Below are positions 17,165 to 25,521 of a stretch of 29,449 nucleotides of DNA, one piece after another; positions within the stretch are counted from its first letter, which is position 1, and each line of letters opens with the position of its first letter. Below the pieces are notes generated by a model that saw nothing but the letters and a program-made list of their open reading frames with translations, was not told the origin of the DNA and ran no database searches. A program made the position numbers and the translations under genes. The stretch is from Candidatus Limnocylindrales bacterium (GTDB lineage Bacteria > Chloroflexota > Limnocylindria > Limnocylindrales > CSP1-4). The stretch spans positions 1 to 29,449 of the forward strand of contig DATGGC010000052.1 in the NCBI GenBank assembly GCA_035308745.1, read 5' to 3'.

Positions 17165-18207
17165 GAGCCTCATCTGGACGACGCAGCGGGTGGCTCGGCG
17201 TCGTCCTGTCGGCAGCCTTCGTGCTCGCGTCGTGCGCCAGCCAGCCGATCTCGCCGGCGCCCTCGATCGCCGGCCCGCTCGCCTCGTCGGCTCGTCCAAG
17301 TGCCGAGCCGGCTGTAGCCGAGAGCCCGTCTGCGAGCCTTGGCACGCCGCCGGTGCCCGCCGCGCGAGGTCTGCGCATCGAGCGATCGGCCATCCGGCTG
17401 CCGGCCGGCCGCAGCCGATCGGTAGCCCTGCTCCTCGGATCGGAGATCCTCGTATGCGGCGGGCTCACGGCGGCCGGCACGACCGATTCGATCCTCCGGA
17501 TCAACCTGCCAGCCGGCGCGATCGAGGCCCACGGCACGTTGCCGGCACCTGTCCACGATGCCGGCGGCGCCGTCCTCAACGGGGTCGGGTTCATCTTCGG
17601 CGGTGGAAGATTCGGACCGGGCGCAACCGTCCAGCGCGTCGGAGCCAACGGGAATGCGGCCTCCAGCGGGCGCCTGCCGGCCGATCGGGCCGACCTCGTC
17701 GCCGTCGCCATTCCCGGCAGCCTGGCACTGGTCGGTGGAGGAACCACCACCTTCTACGACCGGCGCGTGCTGGCGACCAGTGACGGCCTGCACTTCACCC
17801 AGATCGCGACGTTGCTCGTCGGGGTCCGCTATCCGGCCGTGACGTTCGACGGCGGCCGCATCTACGTGATCGGTGGCAGCACGGCGTCCGGCGACACGAC
17901 CGCCATCCAGGCGATCGATCCCGCGACCGGCCGGGTCCAATTGATCGGACGCCTGCCTCGGGCCCGGTCCCATGCTGCCGCGTTCGTCGTCGGCGGAGCC
18001 CTGCTGATCGCCGGTGGTCGGGTCGCTGGCCAAGCCCAGGACAGCGTCCTCCGGCTCGATCCTGCGACTGGGACCGTCCGCCAGGTGGGCCGCCTGCCGT
18101 ACCCGGTCTCGGACCTGGCCGTGGCCGTGGTCGGGACGACGGCCTACCTGATGGGCGGCGAGTCGGCGGCGCCGCTCGCGTCGGTCGTCACGGTCTCCAT
18201 GACCTGA
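17161..18207 (+). CDS. Kelch-repeat beta-propeller lipoprotein
   Basis: GTG overlaps the GT87 stop (GTGA); MRASSGRRSGWLGVVLSAAFVLAS-C lipobox; six repeats with GG (LVCGG, FIFGGG, ALVGGG, IYVIGG, LIAGG, AYLMGG). Confidence 0.85.
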   Translation: MRASSGRRSGWLGVVLSAAFVLASCASQPISPAPSIAGPLASSARPSAEPAVAESPSASLGTPPVPAARGLRIERSAIRLPAGRSRSVALLLGSEILVCGGLTAAGTTDSILRINLPAGAIEAHGTLPAPVHDAGGAVLNGVGFIFGGGRFGPGATVQRVGANGNAASSGRLPADRADLVAVAIPGSLALVGGGTTTFYDRRVLATSDGLHFTQIATLLVGVRYPAVTFDGGRIYVIGGSTASGDTTAIQAIDPATGRVQLIGRLPRARSHAAAFVVGGALLIAGGRVAGQAQDSVLRLDPATGTVRQVGRLPYPVSDLAVAVVGTTAYLMGGESAAPLASVVTVSMT

Positions 18208-18217
18208 TGGATCGCCG

Positions 18218-19525
18218 GTGACAGACGCCCCGCGGCCGCGCCAGAATCAGCGCTCACAGGCTCATCGCCGACGGGCTCAACGGATTCCGCCGCGCTGGCT
18301 GGCCGCGGTCGGCCTCATTGGCCTGGCGGCGCTGATCACGGTCGGGTCGATGCTGGGCGGCCGATCCGGCCTGCCGGCCAGCTCAGGCAACATTGCGGAG
18401 GCGATCTCTCCGGCCGGCTCGGCCCCGACGCTTGCACCGATGACTCCGCCAAGCCTGGGGCCAATCAGCAGTGTCGGACCGACGGCAAGTCCGTCGCTCG
18501 CCTCGAGCGGACCCACGGGCAGCTCGTCGAATATCTATGCGGCTGCCGGGGTGGGCATGTTCTCCCCGACGGTTCGAGCCTTTCCACCACGGGTGTACGT
18601 GCCCGATGAGCTGACCGGGACGGTGATCGTCATCGATCCGCTCACGTTCAAGATCCTGTTCCGCTACCCGGTCGGGGCCTCGCCTGAGCATGTCACGCCC
18701 GACTGGGACCTCCAGCGCCTGTACGTGGAGGCCGCCTTCGGCAACCGGCTGACCGTCATCGATCCAGGGACCGGTCGGGTCATCGGCTACCACTCGGTCC
18801 CAGGCCCGTACAACCTGTACTTCACGCCCAACGGCAAGTTCGCGATCGTGGTCCGCGATGCCGCGCAGGCCTACGGCGGCCAGCACCAGCTCTACTTCTA
18901 CGACCGACGGACCTGGCACCTGATCAAGGCGGTTCAGATCCCCTGGGCGGGCGCCGACCACCTCGACTTTTCGGCCGACGGGAGCTACTTCCTGCTCAGC
19001 ACGGAGTACGCGGGCTGGGTGGCCAAGGTGAGCGTCGCGAAGATGCAGGTCGTTGGCGCCCTGTACGTGGGCGGGCACCCGATCGATGTCCGGCTGGCGC
19101 CCGACGGCAAGACGTTCTTCGTGGCCGACTATGTGAGTGGCGGAGTCTCGGTCGTCGACCCGGTAGCCATGCGTGTCGTCGCCTTCATCAGGACCGGACG
19201 GGGCGCCCACGGCCTGTCGCTCAGCCGGGACGACAGGTCGCTCTACGTGACCAATCGGCTGGCCGGCTCACTGTCCGTGATCGACCTTCGGACCCGGCGG
19301 GTGGTGCACACCTGGTCGATCGGCGGAACGCCCGACATGATCGCCGTCTCGCCCGACGGCAGCCAGCTGTGGATCTCGAACCGCTACAGCGGCAGCGTCA
19401 CGGTCATGAACGCCCACACCGGGCACGTGATCATCGTCATCCACGTGGGCGGCCACCCCCACGGCCTGGCCTACTTCCCCGAGCCCGGCCGCTACAGCCT
19501 GGGCCACAACGGCATCTATCGCTGA
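18218..19525 (+). CDS. Membrane-anchored YVTN/YncE-type beta-propeller protein
   Basis: TM helix and S/P-rich linker; repeats VYVPD..VIVIDP, YFTPNGK, FSADGSY, LAPDGKTFFV, LSRDDRSLYVTNR, VSPDGSQLW; C-terminus PEPGRYSLGHNGIYR. Confidence 0.88.
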   Translation: MTDAPRPRQNQRSQAHRRRAQRIPPRWLAAVGLIGLAALITVGSMLGGRSGLPASSGNIAEAISPAGSAPTLAPMTPPSLGPISSVGPTASPSLASSGPTGSSSNIYAAAGVGMFSPTVRAFPPRVYVPDELTGTVIVIDPLTFKILFRYPVGASPEHVTPDWDLQRLYVEAAFGNRLTVIDPGTGRVIGYHSVPGPYNLYFTPNGKFAIVVRDAAQAYGGQHQLYFYDRRTWHLIKAVQIPWAGADHLDFSADGSYFLLSTEYAGWVAKVSVAKMQVVGALYVGGHPIDVRLAPDGKTFFVADYVSGGVSVVDPVAMRVVAFIRTGRGAHGLSLSRDDRSLYVTNRLAGSLSVIDLRTRRVVHTWSIGGTPDMIAVSPDGSQLWISNRYSGSVTVMNAHTGHVIIVIHVGGHPHGLAYFPEPGRYSLGHNGIYR

Positions 19526-19549
19526 GGCAGAACGGTGGACTGGCCGGGG

Positions 19550-19581
19550 CTCAGGTTGGCTTCATGTCCGCTGCCCACGCT
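19550..19581 (+). promoter_or_regulatory. OmpR-family direct-repeat box plus -10 upstream of the sORF-RR-HK-GT operon (probable autoregulation)
   Basis: CTCAGGT-tggc-TTCATGT-ccgctgcc-CACGCT. Confidence 0.72.
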
Positions 19582-19665
19582 GGCCATGGATGGCTCCTGG
19601 TTTCGGAGACCGCATCCCGCGGGAGCCATCCGCTTGACCACCATGCGGCGAGCTCGGAGGGCAGC

Positions 19666-19785
19666 GTGTCAGCGATCGTCTTCCTGGGGATCAACCTCGC
19701 AGGCAAGCAATTGGTCGTCGTCGTCGTGGTGATGGCCGTCGTCATCATTGCCGGCTTCTGGCTTCTGCTGCGCCGTCGCCGATAG
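19666..19785 (+). CDS. 39-aa single-pass membrane peptide
   Basis: GGAGGG SD at 19656-19661, then GTG 19666. MSAIVFLGINLAGKQLVVVVVVMAVVIIAGFWLLLRRRR has a TM helix and a poly-Arg tail. Confidence 0.65.
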   Translation: MSAIVFLGINLAGKQLVVVVVVMAVVIIAGFWLLLRRRR

Positions 19786-19872
19786 CGGATTGACGTCGAT
19801 GATGCACCTGACCGGTCGGACAGGGTGGTCATGTCGGCCTGCCCCGGGCGCCTCTCCTGACGCGGATTCACG

Positions 19873-20622
19873 ATGGGATTAGGATCGCGTGCGGCGGATC
19901 CGGTCGCTGAAGGAGCCGGGCCGGGGAGGACCCAGCTGCGCATCTTGGTCGTCGAGGACGAGTCTGCGATCGCCGATGGCCTCAAGGTTGTCTTGAGCTC
20001 AGATGGGCATGCGGTCGACGTGGTTGGCGACGGACTCGACGCGCTGCGCTGGGCGGAGACCTACCCGTATGACCTGGTCATCCTCGATGTCGTGCTGCCG
20101 AGCCTGGACGGCTTCGAGGTGTGCCGGCGGCTTCGGGCTGCCCGATTTGTTGCACCGATCCTGATGCTCACGGCCCGGGACAGCGTCGAGGACCGGGTGA
20201 ACGGGCTCGACCAGGGAGCCGACGACTACCTCGCCAAGCCTTTCGCCGTTGCCGAGCTGCGGGCCCGGCTCCGGGCACTGCGCCGACGAGTCGGGACCGA
20301 GCGGGCAGGGTCGCTGACGGTCGGGGACCTGACCCTCGATCCGCCGACCATGCGGGTGACCCGGGCAGGCCGGGAGATCCGGCTCACGACCCGAGAGTTC
20401 GCGTTGCTCGAGCTGCTGGCCCGACACCCCGGCCAGCTCTTCACCCAGGAGCGCCTGCTGGATGCCCTCTGGAACGCCGACTTCGTGGCCGAGTCGAACG
20501 TCGTGGAGGCCTTTATCCGGAGCCTTCGGCGCAAGGTGGACGACGGTCGGCGCAACGGGCTCATCGAGACCGTCCGCGGCGCTGGATACCGCTTGCGTGT
20601 CGTTCCCGAGGCAGCGGCCTGA
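19873..20622 (+). CDS. OmpR/PhoB-family response regulator (MprA/CssR-like)
   Basis: ILVVEDE, VILDVVLP, ILMLTARDSVEDRVNGLDQGADDYLAKPF; winged helix LTTREFALLELL..SNVVEAFIRSLRRKV..IETVRGAGY. Confidence 0.96.
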   Translation: MGLGSRAADPVAEGAGPGRTQLRILVVEDESAIADGLKVVLSSDGHAVDVVGDGLDALRWAETYPYDLVILDVVLPSLDGFEVCRRLRAARFVAPILMLTARDSVEDRVNGLDQGADDYLAKPFAVAELRARLRALRRRVGTERAGSLTVGDLTLDPPTMRVTRAGREIRLTTREFALLELLARHPGQLFTQERLLDALWNADFVAESNVVEAFIRSLRRKVDDGRRNGLIETVRGAGYRLRVVPEAAA

Positions 20623-21584
20623 TGTTCCAGCGGGCTCGTCGTCGTCTGACGGTCCTCTACGTCGTCCTCTTCGCCCTGGTATTCGCGGTCTTCAGCGTCG
20701 TCTTCTATGTCGCCTTTCGGACCGTCCTGGGTCCGGCATTCGACATCGCCCCCGACCTCTCGTCCAGCCAGGCCGCCGGGCTTGCCTACCAGGTGGCACT
20801 CGAGCGAGTTGGGATCGCGCTGATCGTCGCCAACCTGCTGACGATTGGGCTGGTCGCCGTTGCCGCGTGGGTCCTCGCCAACCGAACCCTGCGGCCGATC
20901 CGTGATGCGCACGCCCGCCAGCGGCGGTTCGTGGCCGACGCCTCGCACGAGATGCGGACCCCGCTTGCGGCGATCCGGGCGACGGCTGAAAGCAGTCTCG
21001 AGCCGGCCGTCCGGGTCGACGACCTCAGGGCCGACATGGTCCGGATCATCGAAGCGGCCGAGCGCCTGACGAAGATCACCAACGACCTGCTCATCCTGGC
21101 CAGCGCCGACGACCGCTTGATCGAGCCGGCAAAGGAGCCGTTTGACCTGTCCGTCGCGGTGGCTGAGGCGATCAGCACATTCCGGGTCGCCCATCCGGGC
21201 ACCGACCAGATCCGGGTGAACCTGGTGCCCGACCTGCGCGTGCGGGGCGAGCCCGAAGGATGCGATCGAATCGTGACCAACCTGCTCGACAACGCTGTTC
21301 GCTACGGTGGTCCGGCAGCGGCGGTCCAGGTCACGATGTCGGCGACGGATCACGAGGGCGTCGTCGAGGTGGCCGATCACGGGCCGGGGATCGATTCACA
21401 GGACCTCGATCGCATCTTCGAACCCTTCTATCGGGTCCGCGCCGATACGGGCGGTCCCTCCGGCAACGGCCTGGGCCTCGCGATCGCGCGCAGCCTGGCG
21501 GAGCGTTCCGGAGGCCACCTGAGCGTGACGAGCCAGGCCGGATCCGGTGCGACGTTCCGCCTGGCCCTGCCGCGCGTCAGCTAA
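20622..21584 (+). CDS. Membrane sensor histidine kinase (HisKA + HATPase, short extracytoplasmic loop)
   Basis: ATG overlaps the RR stop (TGATG); 2 TM helices; FVADASHEMRTPL, NLLDNAVRYG, DHGPGI, IFEPFYRV, GLGLAIA. Confidence 0.95.
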   Translation: MFQRARRRLTVLYVVLFALVFAVFSVVFYVAFRTVLGPAFDIAPDLSSSQAAGLAYQVALERVGIALIVANLLTIGLVAVAAWVLANRTLRPIRDAHARQRRFVADASHEMRTPLAAIRATAESSLEPAVRVDDLRADMVRIIEAAERLTKITNDLLILASADDRLIEPAKEPFDLSVAVAEAISTFRVAHPGTDQIRVNLVPDLRVRGEPEGCDRIVTNLLDNAVRYGGPAAAVQVTMSATDHEGVVEVADHGPGIDSQDLDRIFEPFYRVRADTGGPSGNGLGLAIARSLAERSGGHLSVTSQAGSGATFRLALPRVS

Positions 21585-21590
21585 CGAAGG

Positions 21591-23075
21591 ATGAGGCGGA
21601 GCCGATGGGCCGCATCGGCAGCCGGTCTCTTGCCCGGGGTCAGTGCGGCCGTCGCGATCGGGTTGCTCCTCGTCGTGTTCGTGCGGGTCGATCCGCCAAG
21701 CGGCGTCACGGCCAGCGCCAGCCCATTCACCGATGAGGCCTGGCACGTCCTCAATGCCCGCAACCTCGTGCTCTTCGGCCAGTTCTCGACCGATGACTAC
21801 AACCTCCACTTGCTCACGGCGCCGTTCAGCGTCGCGGTCGCCGCGGTCTTCAGCGTGCTCGGGGTTGGAATGGCCCAGGCTCGGCTGGTCGCCATCCTGG
21901 CGACGGGCCTGACGGTCGGACTGCTGGCGATCGGCCTGCGCTCGATCGTCGGCCGCTGGCCGGCGCTCGTTGCCGGACTTGCCTTCGGCACGTCGGCACT
22001 GGTCCTCTACTACGGCCGCCTGGCATTCCTCGAGCCGCTCGAAGGGCTGTTCCTGGTGACCGCGCTGGTCCTGGTGGTTCGCGACGGTGAGCATCACCGA
22101 TTCGTGCTCGGCTTGGTTGCCGGGATCGCGCTGGCCCTGGCGATCGGGACGAAGGCCAGCGCGGCCATCCCCGCCGCGGGGATCGTTGCCGGACTGGCGG
22201 TGGCACATGTCAGGGAGCGGCGAGATTGGCGCCTGGTCACCGGGTGCATCAGCGGCCTGGGCCTGTCCGCCGCCGGCTGGCTGGTCGCCGTGGGCTTGCC
22301 CAACATGCACGCCCTGCCCGCCGTGCTCTCGACGCTGCCGCCCGAACCACTGCCCGGCTCGGTTGATGAGCTCCTGAAGCGCGTTGCCGGGTACGTCGTC
22401 CACAGCGACGGGGCATGGCCCATGGCCGGGCCGTTGATCGTCGGGACGCTGATCGCTGGTGCAATCGGAGTCGCGGCGCGGTCGCGCCTGAGTGCGCCGC
22501 AGCGAACGCTGCTGCTGGTGGCGACCGGCTGGGCCGTCGCCGGCTTCGCGATCCTGTTCCTCGTCCCCTACCGGCCGAACCGCTACGTCGTCCCGCTGCT
22601 CCCGGCGCTGGCCGGTATCGTCGGAGTCGGCCTCGCCCTACTGGCTGGCTTCGAGGTCCGCCGGCGCGTTCAGCAGCTCAGCCTTGTCGCCGTCGGGGTG
22701 CTCGCCGTGGCTGGCCTCACGGCACCAGGGCTGGTGCTGGACGCTCATTGGATGGCAACGACCCCGAGCACGCTGCCGGGCATCCAGGCGCGGGTTGCCG
22801 GATTGCTGCCTCCGGGAGCTACGGTTCAGGGTGCGTATGCGCCTCTCCTGGCGATGACGGCGCGGGTCACCGCCATCGTGGTCTGGCCCGGCGGCAAGGT
22901 GAACGCGGGCGACCTCTATGCCAGCCGTGGGGTTCGGTGGGTCGTGGGGACACCCGGGCGAGCCGCCGATGTTCCGAGCTGGGTCAGCCTCCACCCGGGC
23001 GCCTGGGCCGTCCGGCGAACGGTCGACTGCGTGCCCTGGGGTGGCGACCAGGTCTGCCTCTGGGCCGTGCCCTGA
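21591..23075 (+). CDS. GT-C glycosyltransferase, ArnT/GT39/GT83-like
   Basis: FTDEAWH acidic first-loop motif; about 12 TM helices; YYGRLAFLEPL; GTKASA; PNRYVVPLLP. Confidence 0.8.
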   Translation: MRRSRWAASAAGLLPGVSAAVAIGLLLVVFVRVDPPSGVTASASPFTDEAWHVLNARNLVLFGQFSTDDYNLHLLTAPFSVAVAAVFSVLGVGMAQARLVAILATGLTVGLLAIGLRSIVGRWPALVAGLAFGTSALVLYYGRLAFLEPLEGLFLVTALVLVVRDGEHHRFVLGLVAGIALALAIGTKASAAIPAAGIVAGLAVAHVRERRDWRLVTGCISGLGLSAAGWLVAVGLPNMHALPAVLSTLPPEPLPGSVDELLKRVAGYVVHSDGAWPMAGPLIVGTLIAGAIGVAARSRLSAPQRTLLLVATGWAVAGFAILFLVPYRPNRYVVPLLPALAGIVGVGLALLAGFEVRRRVQQLSLVAVGVLAVAGLTAPGLVLDAHWMATTPSTLPGIQARVAGLLPPGATVQGAYAPLLAMTARVTAIVVWPGGKVNAGDLYASRGVRWVVGTPGRAADVPSWVSLHPGAWAVRRTVDCVPWGGDQVCLWAVP

Positions 23076-23088
23076 GCCGGTCGCCCGC

Positions 23089-23871
23089 TCATCGGGCCCG
23101 GTCCGGTTCGGTGCGACCGATGCTTTGGGACACGACCAGGGCCACGATCAGGAGGGTGAGCGCCAAGCTCACCGATCCCGTTCCCAGTCCCAGGCCGCTC
23201 AGCGTCCTGGGTCGTCCGATCCAGTCGGCGAACGAGGCGCCGAAGGGCCGGGTCAGGATGTAGGCCGACCAGAATGCGACGACGGCATTCAAGCCCGCCA
23301 GCCGATACCCGAGGGCCGGGACGATGAACAGGCCTGCGAACAGGATCCCCGAAGCCAGGTAGCCCAGCCGGAGGGTGCTGGCGGTCATGTCACCCGTCGC
23401 GGTTCCAAGGGCGAACGTGGCCAGGACCGTGGCCCAGTAGAAGAGCTCGCGTCGGCGGCTGTCGATGGCATGGATCGAGAGGGTGCCTTCGCTGGACCGC
23501 CAGACACCAAAGACGACGGCGAGCACGAGGGCGAAGAACACGGTCGAGACGAGATACGGGACGCCCAGCTCGATGTGCAGGACATCGGCGGCCATCGTCC
23601 CGAAGATCGCGACCATCGCGACCACCAGCCAGTAGATCCCAGGGATGAACCGGTTGGCTCGGAGCTGCACGAGCAGCGCAAGGCCGAGGGCGACTGCCGT
23701 GACCGGAACGACCACCAGCGGGTTGAATGTTCGGACCAGGTAGTCGGAGGTCACCTCGCCCATCGCGGTCGTGAGGATCTTGATGACCCAGAAGCTGAGC
23801 GTGATTTCGGGGACTTTGCGCCTGGTCAGATCGGTTGGCCTGCGTCGGGCCAGGTCCATCGTCCGGGTCAA
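23089..23871 (-). CDS. DUF347/COG4705 membrane protein (internal repeat)
   Basis: KVPEITLSFWVIKILTTAMGEVTSDYL; YWLVVAMVAIFGTMAAD; RRRELFYWATVLATFALGTATGD; FWSAYILTRPFGASFAD. Start is TTG 23871 or ATG 23859. Confidence 0.9.
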   Translation of the reverse strand: MTRTMDLARRRPTDLTRRKVPEITLSFWVIKILTTAMGEVTSDYLVRTFNPLVVVPVTAVALGLALLVQLRANRFIPGIYWLVVAMVAIFGTMAADVLHIELGVPYLVSTVFFALVLAVVFGVWRSSEGTLSIHAIDSRRRELFYWATVLATFALGTATGDMTASTLRLGYLASGILFAGLFIVPALGYRLAGLNAVVAFWSAYILTRPFGASFADWIGRPRTLSGLGLGTGSVSLALTLLIVALVVSQSIGRTEPDRAR

Positions 23872-23940
23872 GGAACCTTGAGCCCTCGTGTGCTTCGGCT
23901 GGATGGGCCCACCTGCGCGGGGGCCGAGAGGCGGTTCTTG

Positions 23941-23972
23941 ACCGTAGCGCCTGAACCTGAGAGCCCGCTGAG
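23941..23972 (-). promoter_or_regulatory. OmpR-family direct-repeat box plus -10 for the DUF347 gene
   Basis: Minus strand: CTCAGCG-ggct-CTCAGGT-tcaggcgc-TACGGT. Confidence 0.72.
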
Positions 23973-24008
23973 AATCCGAGCGAGCTGGATATGCCTGTTG
24001 ACCTTGCC

Positions 24009-24467
24009 CTAGGCGCCCCGATCCTCATCGTTCAGGGTCGGCAACACCGATACCGCGCGTTCGAGCGCTGCCAGCTCGCCATCGGAAAGCTCGAGGAGCT
24101 CCGGTGGCGGAGCGTAGATGCCCGCGATGAGCGCCCGCTTGGTGGCGACGCCATGCGGCGTCAGCACAACCAGCTTGACCCGCCGGTCGGTGGCGTGGGC
24201 CCGGCGTTCGGCAAGGCCCTTGGCCTCGAGTCGATCGACCGTCCAGGTCGCAGTCGACGCATCGCAGCGCCATTCGGCCGCGAGCGAACGCATCGTTCGC
24301 CCTCCGCCCTCGAGTCCCGGAGTCTGGAGCGCCCGACTGTCGTTGGGCGTCAGCCCATGGCGGGCGAGCAGCTCGATCCGCAACGGCGAGGTGGCAACGA
24401 TGAAGTCGAAGATCCGCCGCCAGGTCGAGGCTGCGAGTTTGGTCGTCCGGGCTGACGGTTCGGGCAT
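24009..24467 (-). CDS. MarR-family transcriptional regulator
   Basis: HGLTPNDSRAL..TMRSLAAEWRCDASTATWTVDRLEAKGLAERRAHATDRRVKLVVLT winged-helix signature. Confidence 0.93.
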   Translation of the reverse strand: MPEPSARTTKLAASTWRRIFDFIVATSPLRIELLARHGLTPNDSRALQTPGLEGGGRTMRSLAAEWRCDASTATWTVDRLEAKGLAERRAHATDRRVKLVVLTPHGVATKRALIAGIYAPPPELLELSDGELAALERAVSVLPTLNDEDRGA

Positions 24468-24483
24468 CGCGCCATTCTAGCGG

Positions 24484-24528
24484 TTGACCACAGGTTGTTT
24501 GATCGGTACGATAGTTGTAGTAATCAAA
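24484..24528 (+). promoter_or_regulatory. Sigma70 promoter with overlapping inverted repeat (candidate MarR operator)
   Basis: TTGACC (24484-89)-N17-TACGAT (24507-12); AT-rich TTTGAT (24498-503)...ATCAAA (24523-28) inverted repeat. Confidence 0.65.
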
Positions 24529-24588
24529 GGATGGTGGACAGATGGATCCGGACTCGGGCCACGGCTTCGCGCTCTTCCTGGATCGCCG

Positions 24589-25470
24589 ATGAAGATCGGC
24601 CTCCACGTCCCGGCCACGTCCTGGTCCGGTGGGCCGGCCAGCCTGGGTACGACACTCGCGACCATCTGTGCGGCAGCCGAGGCGGCCGGGTTCGCCTCGA
24701 TCGATGTCGCCGACCACCTCTGGCAGCACCCGATCATGGGTGGCCCGACCGAGAGCCAGCTCGAGGCGTACACGACGCTCGGGTTCATCGCGGCGCATAC
24801 CCAGCGCGTGCGGTTGTTGGCGCTGGCGACTGCCGTCAGCTTCCGGCCGGCGGGCTTGCTGGCCAAGATGGTCACGACACTCGACGTGCTCTCAGGCGGC
24901 CGGGCGATGCTCGGGATCGGAGCCGGCGACTACCCGGACGAGGCCGCTGGTCTGGGCTTGCCCTACCCGCCGCTCGGTGAACGGTTCGATCTGCTCGAGG
25001 AGACGGTCCAGGCGTGCCTCGCCATGTGGGCGGGCAGCCAGGGCGATGAGCGGCCATTCCAGGGCAAGCACATCGCGCTCGGGCGCCCGCTCAACTCGCC
25101 CCAGAGCCTGACCCGTCCGCATCCGCCGATCCTGATCGCCGGCAGTGGCGAGCGGCGGACGCTGCCCCTCGTCGCTCGATACGCCGACGCCTGCAACCTG
25201 CGACCAGGGCCGGAGATCCCGCGCCAGCTCGATCTCCTGGGTCGCCTGTGTGACGAGGAGAAGCGCGACTACGACGCGATCGAGAAGACCGTGCCGTTCG
25301 GCTTCGACGTTGGCGAGGATGGATCGAAGTCTGGAGCCGTCATCGACCAGCTCCGCTGGCTGGCCGGCCTGGGGATCCAGACCGTGTTCGGCTGGGTCGT
25401 GGGCGTTGACCGGATCACCCCACTCGAAGTGATGGGCCGCGAGGTCATTCCGGCAGTGATGGATCTCTGA
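24589..25470 (+). CDS. LLM-class F420-dependent oxidoreductase (Rv1855c-like)
   Basis: MKIGLHV..AAEAAGFASIDVADHLWQHP..EAYTTLGFIAAHTQRVRL..GLLAKMVTTLDVLSGGRAMLGIGAG; PHPPILIAGSGERRTLPLVARYADACN. Confidence 0.92.
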   Translation: MKIGLHVPATSWSGGPASLGTTLATICAAAEAAGFASIDVADHLWQHPIMGGPTESQLEAYTTLGFIAAHTQRVRLLALATAVSFRPAGLLAKMVTTLDVLSGGRAMLGIGAGDYPDEAAGLGLPYPPLGERFDLLEETVQACLAMWAGSQGDERPFQGKHIALGRPLNSPQSLTRPHPPILIAGSGERRTLPLVARYADACNLRPGPEIPRQLDLLGRLCDEEKRDYDAIEKTVPFGFDVGEDGSKSGAVIDQLRWLAGLGIQTVFGWVVGVDRITPLEVMGREVIPAVMDL

Positions 25471-25521
25471 GCGCGTAGGCCGTCCGTCGACAGCGCGAGC
25501 GGCACGTTCTAGGCTGCCGCC

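Noticed and set aside
19590-19637. 15-aa ORF MAPGFGDRIPREPSA after the CACGCT -10
   Set aside because: It could be a leaderless uORF, but there is no coding signal or homology, so it is too weak to call.
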